Source: a virus
Direction: 5' to 3' (one strand)
Length of the DNA: 64,000 nt
Virus record (IMG/VR): IMGVR_UViG_3300003690_000003
Span: 32,001 to 96,000 of that record
This document shows positions 56,492-64,000 of this stretch, piece after piece. Numbering within the stretch: position 1 is the first letter of the stretch; each line of letters begins with the position of its first letter. Under the pieces are notes generated by a model. The model ran no database searches and was not told where the DNA came from. It saw nothing but the letters and a program-made list of their open reading frames with translations. Made by a program: the position numbers and the translations under genes.

Positions 56492-58451
56492 TTGTCGCGG
56501 CCTCCGCTTCTTTTTCTTCTAGTTCTGTAATTAGTTTACGAATCTCTCTAGTACTCTCAAATAATTTTACTTCGTCTTCATCTTCTTTATAACTAGGAAG
56601 TTGTTCCTCATAAAGCTTGTTGATATTTATTAGTTCGCTCTCAACGCGACCCGGGAAAACGCTTCTGGGCGTCGTTTTTCCACCGCCTCTGGCAACGCTA
56701 CGTAACTTTCTAGTGGTGGGGCCTGACTTGTTAGTGCGGCGTGTGTCTAGTTTTGTAGGGTGATACACCTTTCCTTTGGCTCCCGGCGTCAAGTGACCAT
56801 CTTCTTTGCGGGCCGGGGACGCCAGAAGAGAAGATTCATCTCCTTCAACAGGTGCAGCCTCCTCGGGAGGAGCGCCTTCTTCGGGGGGAACGTCTTCTTC
56901 GGGGGGCATCATTTCATCTCCCGGGTCGCCGCCAAGTTCGGGGCCTAGGCCACCTCCGGCAGCCATCGCGGCGCCCGCTTCAGAAATAGCATCCAGAGAA
57001 ACTTGGTACTTGCGATCATAGTAGGCTTCGCGCTGATTACGCAAGAACTCTTCATCGGTCATACGCAAAATATTCTCAGCAATCCAATGCTTACTAAACA
57101 TGCCCTCTACTACATTGTTAGCCAAATCAAACTTGGTACGAATATATTCTATCTCCTGTAACTCAGCTAGCTTAGAGGGATTATTAAGAGAAAGTTTAAA
57201 GGAAATCAAATCCTGGCCGCGGAAACCCAACGTGAATAAATGTACGACCGCAATCTTTTCAAGCTCCGACATAAAGGCGCGCTGGAGTCGCTGAATCGTG
57301 CGCGCAAAGCGAATATCTTTTTGAGCTAAAGTGGTTTTATCTTCATCTCCACCTTCTGTCATCGTCAAATAAGAATGAGGAATCTTGATAGCTGAGAAAA
57401 GCTTATCTCGAATATACTTTACATCATCAATATCATTAAGCTGAGACGCGCCGGCCAGAGTGGTGATGTCCGAGCCGACCCCCCCGCGAATTGGAATAAA
57501 ATAATCTTCTTCCACAGACAAAGGATTGTAACGTAAATCGACTCGGCCTGTCGTCGCGTCTATCAAAGAATTCCTCTTTAATGAGGTTTTAACTTTTTCC
57601 ATATACTGTTCAACGTCTTGCGGAGCAATATTTCCCACATCAATCTTAAACATGCGACGTTCGGGGGCGCGGACTACGCGATATGCTAGCATAGCATCTT
57701 CAATCAGAACTAACTGGCGCCAGATACGTCGAGCTGGGTCGAGAACTGAAGTCCCATATGGTGAATGTTTATCATTACCTAGGATTCTAAAGTGAGCACA
57801 CTGCCAGTTCTCAAAAGTCATGTTGGCTGAGTTCCACTGGAACTGAACATAGTTAGGGTTGGTAGGATCTTGGCCTTCGAGCCTCTCTACCTCTCCAGAT
57901 GGCAAACCAATAACGCTTTTAACTCCCAAAACTTCATCAATATCTAAATATAAAAAGAAATCTCCGAACTTGCACATGGTACGAGCCCAGCCAAATGCGT
58001 TAAACTCAATATTAAGTGCGTCATAAAAAAGTGCCTCTAAAATATTTTTAATCTCATCATTACGACAATCTATTTTAACCAACTTATTAAAAGCGTTGGA
58101 GGTTGTCATCTCATCAGCATAAATATCCATTGCCGAGGCAATCTCTGGCATGAATTCCATTTGATCAAAATCAATATAGCGCTCGTTTCGATTCTGATTC
58201 CGCATTGCCGCGGAAGTAAGCATATTATAGTTACGAGATAAGTTATCAGACGAACGCTTAAACTGATGGCCACTTAAACTCTTGAAGCGATACTGATATT
58301 TATCAAGTGCAGATCGACGTTCTTCGCGTGTAAACTGAGCACGGTAGTTAATAAGAGGACCCGAAAAAAGCCTCGTTAATCTCTTAAAAAGAGGAGATAC
58401 TGGATTTCTCGGGTTATTTCTATGGTCTGGTTTTTTCTTTTGGTCTGCCAT
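56472..58451 (-). CDS. Portal protein (T4 gp20-like)
   Basis: EDAMLAYRVVRAPERRMFKIDVGN, EEDYFIPIRG, ITTLAG, IDDVKY, DIRFARTIQRLQ. Confidence 0.95.
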   Translation of the reverse strand: MADQKKKPDHRNNPRNPVSPLFKRLTRLFSGPLINYRAQFTREERRSALDKYQYRFKSLSGHQFKRSSDNLSRNYNMLTSAAMRNQNRNERYIDFDQMEFMPEIASAMDIYADEMTTSNAFNKLVKIDCRNDEIKNILEALFYDALNIEFNAFGWARTMCKFGDFFLYLDIDEVLGVKSVIGLPSGEVERLEGQDPTNPNYVQFQWNSANMTFENWQCAHFRILGNDKHSPYGTSVLDPARRIWRQLVLIEDAMLAYRVVRAPERRMFKIDVGNIAPQDVEQYMEKVKTSLKRNSLIDATTGRVDLRYNPLSVEEDYFIPIRGGVGSDITTLAGASQLNDIDDVKYIRDKLFSAIKIPHSYLTMTEGGDEDKTTLAQKDIRFARTIQRLQRAFMSELEKIAVVHLFTLGFRGQDLISFKLSLNNPSKLAELQEIEYIRTKFDLANNVVEGMFSKHWIAENILRMTDEEFLRNQREAYYDRKYQVSLDAISEAGAAMAAGGGLGPELGGDPGDEMMPPEEDVPPEEGAPPEEAAPVEGDESSLLASPARKEDGHLTPGAKGKVYHPTKLDTRRTNKSGPTTRKLRSVARGGGKTTPRSVFPGRVESELININKLYEEQLPSYKEDEDEVKLFESTREIRKLITELEEKEAEAATSESKAQ

Positions 58452-58455
58452 TTAC

Positions 58456-60042
58456 TTATCCTTTAATAATCGCAGCATATTGTTCATTGAACTTCCGAGC
58501 CTCTTCGACCTGAGATTCTCGACTGCTCCTTTTGTGACCTAACATTCCAGGAATGGTAGTACTCATTTTGCGTGAAGAAGTCGACATTGATAGAAGAGCA
58601 CTCTTGTTATACTCTGATAATCTTTGGTTCTCGATCAAAACCGTATCTCTTACCCAACATCCGATTGCAAAAGACATTATTAAATCATCATTATATGATC
58701 TCATCGCTTGTGGGCGTCCATTGTGCCAAATAAAAGTTTTCATCTCTGATAATAAACGATTAGAGTTAATCTTAATTAGTCTATTTCTCATAAACTCTTC
58801 CATCTTTGCAATCACCAAAGGTCTCGTTTTAGATGAGGTTGTAAATCCTGGTACTATGTGTGTCATCCACTGAGCTTGTATGGGATCGACATAATCATGA
58901 GAAGATTTCATAGAATGATAAATATTATTATAACCTTTATCTTTCAGCTTATTAAGTACAGCAAATCCTATATTATTATTTTCAGCAACTATCATACAAG
59001 TTCCATATTCTTTTCCGGCGTCATATAGCATGTCTGCATACTCGTCAGGGTTTGGTTTTCCAATATATTCTGCGACTATTTCCATAGTCTTCAGCCGGAA
59101 AATATGGAATGCTGAGTTGTCTTGTCCATCGCCTCTCGCAATGTCTGCCGAAAGAAGATAAGTATCTTCCTCTTGGTATTCTTCCCAGATCCAATAGTTA
59201 CGATCAAAGCCGGTACGGTATTTAGGTTCTTTGGTCTTCTCTAGATAATGTGTTATATCGTCTGAATGTATAACTGTCTCACCCGAAACATTGAAGTTGC
59301 ATTCTAACTCTTGTGCAATCTGTCGCGTAGACATGTTTTGTGTTTCTTTTTCGTACCACAGCTGATCTCTATCTGGATGGACATCCCACAGCAACGTGGT
59401 CATATGAAATGCATTTATTCCAGCTTCCGCTTCAACACAAACCTTATGGAACCAGTTGCCCACCCCATTGGGGGTAGAAAGGGCGATGCATCGGCCACCA
59501 GTAGACAGGGTGGGATAAAGTGCAGTCCACAACTCACTTAGTGTTTCAACGTGAGCAGCCTCATCAATTACCAATAATGATAGCGCTTCGGAACGGCCAG
59601 CATCAAAAGAAGTTGAGGAGGCTTTAATCTGAGAACCATTAGTAAGTTCAAATGAAGTTCTATTATCAATATGAATCTCAGAAATCTTTATCCATTGCGG
59701 CAGCTGTTTCATAATCTTCTTAACTTTGCGAACAAGGTTGGTCGCAGTTTGAAGCTTCGTAGCTACAACTAAAATATTTTTATCGCGATGGAATAACATT
59801 AACCACACAATATACGCCGCCGTAATAGTGGAAATGCCAAGCTGTCGCGCTTTTAAAACTACATTAAAACGATAATCATTAAAATCTTTTAAGAGATCAT
59901 CCTGAAAATCATAAGTTTTGAATGGGATCTGGCCTCGCTGCGGGTGAGAGATTTTGCAGTAACTGGTAATAAAATGTACCGGGTCTTTGCCGGATTTTAT
60001 TACCTCTTGAAGAATCTCTTGCTTAGTAAGCTGATATCCCAT
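58456..60042 (-). CDS. Terminase large subunit (T4 gp17-like)
   Basis: KARQLGIST, Walker B VIDEAAH, LSTPNG, nuclease ADIARG.G.D, DDLIMS. Confidence 0.95.
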   Translation of the reverse strand: MGYQLTKQEILQEVIKSGKDPVHFITSYCKISHPQRGQIPFKTYDFQDDLLKDFNDYRFNVVLKARQLGISTITAAYIVWLMLFHRDKNILVVATKLQTATNLVRKVKKIMKQLPQWIKISEIHIDNRTSFELTNGSQIKASSTSFDAGRSEALSLLVIDEAAHVETLSELWTALYPTLSTGGRCIALSTPNGVGNWFHKVCVEAEAGINAFHMTTLLWDVHPDRDQLWYEKETQNMSTRQIAQELECNFNVSGETVIHSDDITHYLEKTKEPKYRTGFDRNYWIWEEYQEEDTYLLSADIARGDGQDNSAFHIFRLKTMEIVAEYIGKPNPDEYADMLYDAGKEYGTCMIVAENNNIGFAVLNKLKDKGYNNIYHSMKSSHDYVDPIQAQWMTHIVPGFTTSSKTRPLVIAKMEEFMRNRLIKINSNRLLSEMKTFIWHNGRPQAMRSYNDDLIMSFAIGCWVRDTVLIENQRLSEYNKSALLSMSTSSRKMSTTIPGMLGHKRSSRESQVEEARKFNEQYAAIIKG

Positions 60043-60051
60043 GACACCTGT

Positions 60052-60597
60052 TTACTTACCTTTGCGCGTGTCGTTCTTGGGGCGCTTGTTTTTGGGACCC
60101 AGCGCAAGCCAATCGCGAACTGCTTGGTCTAAACGCTCTTTTGAGGAACCCTCAACTTCTTCAACTCCCGGGAGACCACCAATCTTATAATCAGACATGG
60201 CGCGAACATCAGTGCGATAGTTTGAAAGCTTCTGAACAAGTATATCCGGCTCACCTACCTTTGTTAATGTAAGGGTATCGCCAGTAACAACTTTATATTC
60301 TTTTTTAAGAAAGGACGCTATCTGCGCTATCATAGAAACCATCTCGTTCTCGAAGCCTTTCTTGGCAACATCTTGGAGTCGGATTTCAGAGCTATAGATA
60401 ATCTTCAATAGCGGTCCATTAAATTGTACCTTAAATCCATCGCTGACACGTCGATCATTAATGAGGTGACCTTCCTCACGACGTAGCCCAACCTTACGCG
60501 CGCGCTCGTCTGCATTTAAAGACTCTTCGTGAGAGCCATCATAAGCATTAGCCGCGGCTTGAGCGATTCCGCGAATGATTTCAAGTGTCGTAGCCAT
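60052..60597 (-). CDS. Hypothetical protein
   Basis: 181-aa ORF in gene order. Confidence 0.65.
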   Translation of the reverse strand: MATTLEIIRGIAQAAANAYDGSHEESLNADERARKVGLRREEGHLINDRRVSDGFKVQFNGPLLKIIYSSEIRLQDVAKKGFENEMVSMIAQIASFLKKEYKVVTGDTLTLTKVGEPDILVQKLSNYRTDVRAMSDYKIGGLPGVEEVEGSSKERLDQAVRDWLALGPKNKRPKNDTRKGK

Positions 60598-60600
60598 TAA

Positions 60601-60996
60601 TTAAATCTCCTTCTCTGGTCGCCATCCGGCTAGCCAACGTTCTTCCCTGTTTTCTACCCATTTAATGTAACAAAGTCGACAACATTCAAACTTATTCATG
60701 TACAAGTTATCGCGCACATCAAACGAATATTCATTACAAACAAGACAAAACCTATTTGTATCCTTACTAAGTAGTTTTTTGTTTATTAAAAATCCGTCTG
60801 TTTCTACTTTCTCAGTATGCCCCTCACTTTTCTTAAGTTTTTCAGCTAACGCCTTAGATTCCTGAATATATCGTTCTTCTTTAGCCTCGTCCCAAAACTT
60901 ACGAGGATTGTCGATTGCTTCGGAGCCATACTTTTGAGCTATGGCTTTCTCTAGCTTGGGGATGTAGTTAGGATCTTTTTCGGTCATATTATCCAC
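60601..60996 (-). CDS. Hypothetical Zn-binding protein
   Basis: CLVC...CCRLC. Confidence 0.65.
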   Translation of the reverse strand: MDNMTEKDPNYIPKLEKAIAQKYGSEAIDNPRKFWDEAKEERYIQESKALAEKLKKSEGHTEKVETDGFLINKKLLSKDTNRFCLVCNEYSFDVRDNLYMNKFECCRLCYIKWVENREERWLAGWRPEKEI

Positions 60997-62050
60997 AGTG
61001 GTATGTACAAGCCGCTAAATAAACTTTATAGGAACTACCTCCGTGCTCAACGGTTTCTGTAACAGAACTCCAATCAATGTTTTCTGTACATTTGGCGATG
61101 GTGCTGCTTCTTAACAAGTCATCATCCTGCTTCATGCCATATCCAGAGATCTCGGATGAAACTATATAATCTCCATTTTGTACATTCCCGTTATAGTTGG
61201 TAACCAAAATTAATCCCTCTCCTATGGAATTAACCGCGATGTGCATCTCATCTGGAGCCAAGCCGCCATTGGCAACGTAGCCGTCATAAGAGCCAGAAAG
61301 ATCAGCAACCACCCCATATACAGTTTTAGATTTTTCAGTCGAAGAAAGTTGAACTTTAGGTAATGCAGTGGTTATCGTCTCTGCATTTCTTATCCATATT
61401 TCCCCTGTTGACTCAGCTATCATACCTACTTGATAGCTTCCCGAAACTATTACGGTGGCGTGCTGGCCCGTAAAAGACGTATTAAACGCAACTCCGCCGG
61501 ACCCGTTCCCCGTAACGCTGCCTATCTTCGTCTCCGTATCTAGCGGATTCTCGCGAATAAACTTAATTAAGTAAGCGCTCGTCGACAGGTCGCCGCCTGT
61601 AGAATATTGAGTCAGTTCTAGATTGTCACTGTTAGTGGAATTATATCTATTCAGTATTCTGAAAGCCGGCGTGGTGTTCGAGGCTGGGGTGAGTATGCAA
61701 TCCACTTGATATGCGGCGTCGTGGTCGGAGCCTATCGCGAGATTGCCAGGAATCGTAATCTCATTGTCCCCATCATCGCGACCTATCTGTATTGGCCGAG
61801 ATCCGTATCCGGTTCCGGACACTTGAAAACGAAACTTGTCGGATTCTTGGGTTATACTCAGAACGGGGGTGCCGTCGCCTATACTTAAACCCACCGCGTC
61901 GGTACCTGCACTATTAATAGTAATATTATCAACGACGCTGAGCGTCCCATCAGTAGCCAAAGACACCCTTGTAGTAGTGCCATCATCATCAACTATCTCA
62001 AACGCCTGTCCGCTAAGAGCCCCAATCTTATTAACTCTAATTAGACTCAT
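60989..62050 (-). CDS. Fibre-like protein with a C-terminal chaperone/autoproteolysis-like domain
   Basis: FTGQH...NSIGEG...NGDYIVSS..GYGMKQDDD...CTYHCG. Confidence 0.5.
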   Translation of the reverse strand: MSLIRVNKIGALSGQAFEIVDDDGTTTRVSLATDGTLSVVDNITINSAGTDAVGLSIGDGTPVLSITQESDKFRFQVSGTGYGSRPIQIGRDDGDNEITIPGNLAIGSDHDAAYQVDCILTPASNTTPAFRILNRYNSTNSDNLELTQYSTGGDLSTSAYLIKFIRENPLDTETKIGSVTGNGSGGVAFNTSFTGQHATVIVSGSYQVGMIAESTGEIWIRNAETITTALPKVQLSSTEKSKTVYGVVADLSGSYDGYVANGGLAPDEMHIAVNSIGEGLILVTNYNGNVQNGDYIVSSEISGYGMKQDDDLLRSSTIAKCTENIDWSSVTETVEHGGSSYKVYLAACTYHCG

Positions 62051-62059
62051 TATTTTCTC

Positions 62060-62326
62060 CTAAAAGTCATTCATATTTTTAACTGCTAAAGTTACTCCAG
62101 ATTCAATAGTAAATGTTAGACCATCAGCCACAGTGATATCTGAAAAACATATCGACGATAACGCTAGCGTCTGGCTGCCCAGGAGGGTGGTCGGAGAACT
62201 CGTAAATGAAGTTACTAAATTAATAACCGCTATTTTTTTAGGCTCGTGGCCCGCGGCAGTGCCGAGCAAATACTTTCTAAGAAATGCTATTAGCCTATTT
62301 TTTGAGTCTGCCTCCGGAATCGTCAC
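62060..62326 (-). CDS. Small hypothetical protein
   Basis: 88 aa, ends in a beta-rich ITVADGLTFTIESG segment. Confidence 0.5.
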   Translation of the reverse strand: MTIPEADSKNRLIAFLRKYLLGTAAGHEPKKIAVINLVTSFTSSPTTLLGSQTLALSSICFSDITVADGLTFTIESGVTLAVKNMNDF

Positions 62327-62787
62327 TTAACTATCTCCGTGGACAATGCAAAAATACCTAATGAAGTAAGCGTTCCAATACCAAAGCCCAGAGCAACCAT
62401 CCACGGGGCCATAGCGGGCTTTTGTTTCGTTACCAGTTGATAAAGTCGATCATTCTCTGTTGTTTTAAGAATCATCATCTGCTCATAACGCGATTCCCGC
62501 GACTTTATTTCTATATCCTTGTAATCTAACTGTAATTGATAACGCTGTTCTTGAAGATGAAGCTCGTACCCAATACGCAAATCGCACTCAGCGTTCTCAA
62601 ACTTCTTATCTACCGCTATCTTTGCCGCAGCGTCCAGCGATAATAGGACTCCATCAAATGGTGCCGGATCACCCGCGTCCAACGAAATAATATCATATTC
62701 CGCTGTGGTCTCTTCTTCCTCTCCAAACGCATAAGAAGGGAATATGAGATTGAAAATGATTACTAATGATAATAGTTGTTTACCCAT
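62323..62787 (-). CDS. Exported coiled-coil protein with C-terminal TM (spanin-like?)
   Basis: N-terminal signal peptide, coiled coil, C-terminal hydrophobic helix. Confidence 0.5.
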   Translation of the reverse strand: MGKQLLSLVIIFNLIFPSYAFGEEEETTAEYDIISLDAGDPAPFDGVLLSLDAAAKIAVDKKFENAECDLRIGYELHLQEQRYQLQLDYKDIEIKSRESRYEQMMILKTTENDRLYQLVTKQKPAMAPWMVALGFGIGTLTSLGIFALSTEIVK

Positions 62788-63196
62788 GTTCTAATCCATA
62801 TAATCGAGCTAGCTCTCTCGCCAGTATGTCAGGTTCATTATAACTTTCTTCAATAAGTTTTTTAAGTTCCTTCTTTTTTTCAGAACTTAATGTTTCATTA
62901 CGCGTTGCATATTCTTCTTCTAATGCTTTTAGGTTCTTGTTATATTCTTTTAGAATTTTGCTCTTTTCTTCTGCTTCTTCTTTGTGACTCTCGTTAAGAA
63001 AATCAATCTCGTTTTTATAGCTCTCTCTAGAACCATCGAAGGCCTCCATTACTGTAGTCAAAAAAACCGCGTTTCGTGTGAGAAGATAAAATAAGAAGCC
63101 AACGAACAGTAGTAAAAGCATAATCGGAAGCCAGAAGTGTGCCTTCGTCCAAGCCCACACTTTTTTTAAAACCGTTTTAATCGCTAACCATTTCAT
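62780..63196 (-). CDS. N-terminal TM plus coiled coil (i-spanin-like)
   Basis: FWLPIMLLLLFVGFLFYLL followed by an E/K-rich coil. Confidence 0.5.
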   Translation of the reverse strand: MKWLAIKTVLKKVWAWTKAHFWLPIMLLLLFVGFLFYLLTRNAVFLTTVMEAFDGSRESYKNEIDFLNESHKEEAEEKSKILKEYNKNLKALEEEYATRNETLSSEKKKELKKLIEESYNEPDILARELARLYGLEHG

Positions 63197-63381
63197 TATT
63201 TAACCCCTTTTAGCCTCGCCACTGTGTCAACCACTCCTTGCGTCCCAATATATGCTACAGTGATCATCGTCCAATCTGCAGACGCAAGATCCGCAAATGC
63301 TAACAAGCCGGTTGCTGTCGCCCAGACCAAAAGCTTGCGCGACACGATCTTATTTAATCCTTTGTCTATTAAATGTTTCAT
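63196..63381 (-). CDS. Holin-like small membrane protein
   Basis: 61 aa, SRKLL + two TM segments, YIGTQGVVD, basic C-terminus; late-type motif upstream. Confidence 0.6.
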   Translation of the reverse strand: MKHLIDKGLNKIVSRKLLVWATATGLLAFADLASADWTMITVAYIGTQGVVDTVARLKGVK

Positions 63382-63654
63382 CAGACACTCCTTCCTATAT
63401 AATTAGTATAGTGGAGTAAAGAGGTGCGCAAACTTAAATTCAAATACCATAGAACAATCAAAAAAGCCGAATTTATGCACGCTGATCTCGCCTATCATGA
63501 AGAGGTTGTCAAAGCCGCCAAAAACGGTTTTCGTCGCCACGCGTGCAGTCGCCTGTTCCGCTGCAGCACGCGTTCAAAAAGCATTAATGCAACGTCTTCA
63601 ACCTCTGAGAAATATGTCCCTGGCGAGACGCGTCTTTCTATAACATATTTCTTC

Positions 63655-64000
63655 TTAGACTTCGACATGGGCAAATTTGCCTTTTTTCTCAATTATAATT
63701 TGAGTGTCTACACAATCTTTAAGGCTATCTAAGTGAGATATTAAAATAACTGTTTTAAAGAAAGACTTAATCAAATCAAGAATGCGAATAAATCCCTCCA
63801 TGTTATCAGCGTCTAGTGCTGTTCCCGGTTCATCGAGAATAAAGATATCTCCCTTTGGAAGATTAGAAACACTCAACAATGCCAAGCGAATAGCCATTGC
63901 AGCAATCGTTTTCTCAGCACCAGAGCCCATTTCTAATGGTCGCGGCTCATGCTTGGGATGTTTAATAAAGATATTAAGCCGCCTTCCGTCATCTTCGAAG
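63655..64000 (-). CDS. SbcC/Rad50/T4 gp46-like ATPase, C-terminal part
   Basis: Signature GSGAEK, Walker B/D-loop FILDEPGTALD, H-loop LISH; enters from the right edge. Confidence 0.9.
   Translation of the reverse strand, partial: FEDDGRRLNIFIKHPKHEPRPLEMGSGAEKTIAAMAIRLALLSVSNLPKGDIFILDEPGTALDADNMEGFIRILDLIKSFFKTVILISHLDSLKDCVDTQIIIEKKGKFAHVEV

Noticed and set aside
63424-63732. Only plausible plus-strand gene (GGAG then GTG; MRKLKFKYHR...)
   Set aside because: The first ~33 codons look protein-like, but the rest does not and it overlaps the gp46-like gene convergently. It may be a remnant; I cannot support it as a gene.
1-64000. Stop-codon reassignment, introns/inteins, tRNAs, CRISPR arrays
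   Set aside because: Core genes are full length in the standard code and use all three stops. DnaE, RNR, helicase and terminase show no intein-sized inserts. Intergenic gaps are short and I saw no cloverleaf or repeat-spacer pattern by eye.
1-64000. Bacterial chromosome or prophage origin, given dnaE, recA, purA, clpP, iscU and rpsU
   Set aside because: These genes are interleaved and co-oriented with a complete T4-like virion module, and most are divergent. No integrase or host-like operon context is present.

Overview
This is a 64-kb segment of a large, T4-like (contractile-tailed) dsDNA phage genome with nearly all genes on the minus strand and the standard genetic code. Read right to left it holds: the end of a gp46/SbcC ATPase; a holin/spanin-like trio; terminase, portal and prohead protease; ribosomal protein bS21; a block of fibre/decoration genes; scaffold, major capsid, neck, sheath, tubes, tail chaperone, tape measure and baseplate. 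A replication and nucleotide module follows: a minimal family-A polymerase, a tubulin/FtsZ-fold protein, gp32-like SSB, an EcoRI-like nuclease plus Dam, RecA, deaminase, 5'-3' exonuclease, helicase, class II RNR, IscU, GroES, DnaE (Pol III alpha), PurA, two ClpPs, dUTPase, a second Dam and a GuaB/GuaC-family enzyme. The most notable signals are: (1) a bacterium-style replisome (DnaE plus an apparently split Pol I) co-located with a divergent tubulin; (2) a recurrent late-promoter-like motif ACTAWTTA, resembling the T4 late promoter in reverse, alongside sigma70 promoters for replication genes; (3) a cassette of small proteins sharing an N-terminal capsid-targeting-like tag; (4) strong [ST]-[GAS]-S enrichment in virion proteins; (5) a GMP-to-AMP style salvage set; (6) a duplicated structured RNA-like element; (7) a likely +1/-2 frameshift in the tail chaperone. 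All calls come from motif recognition by eye; no searches were run.
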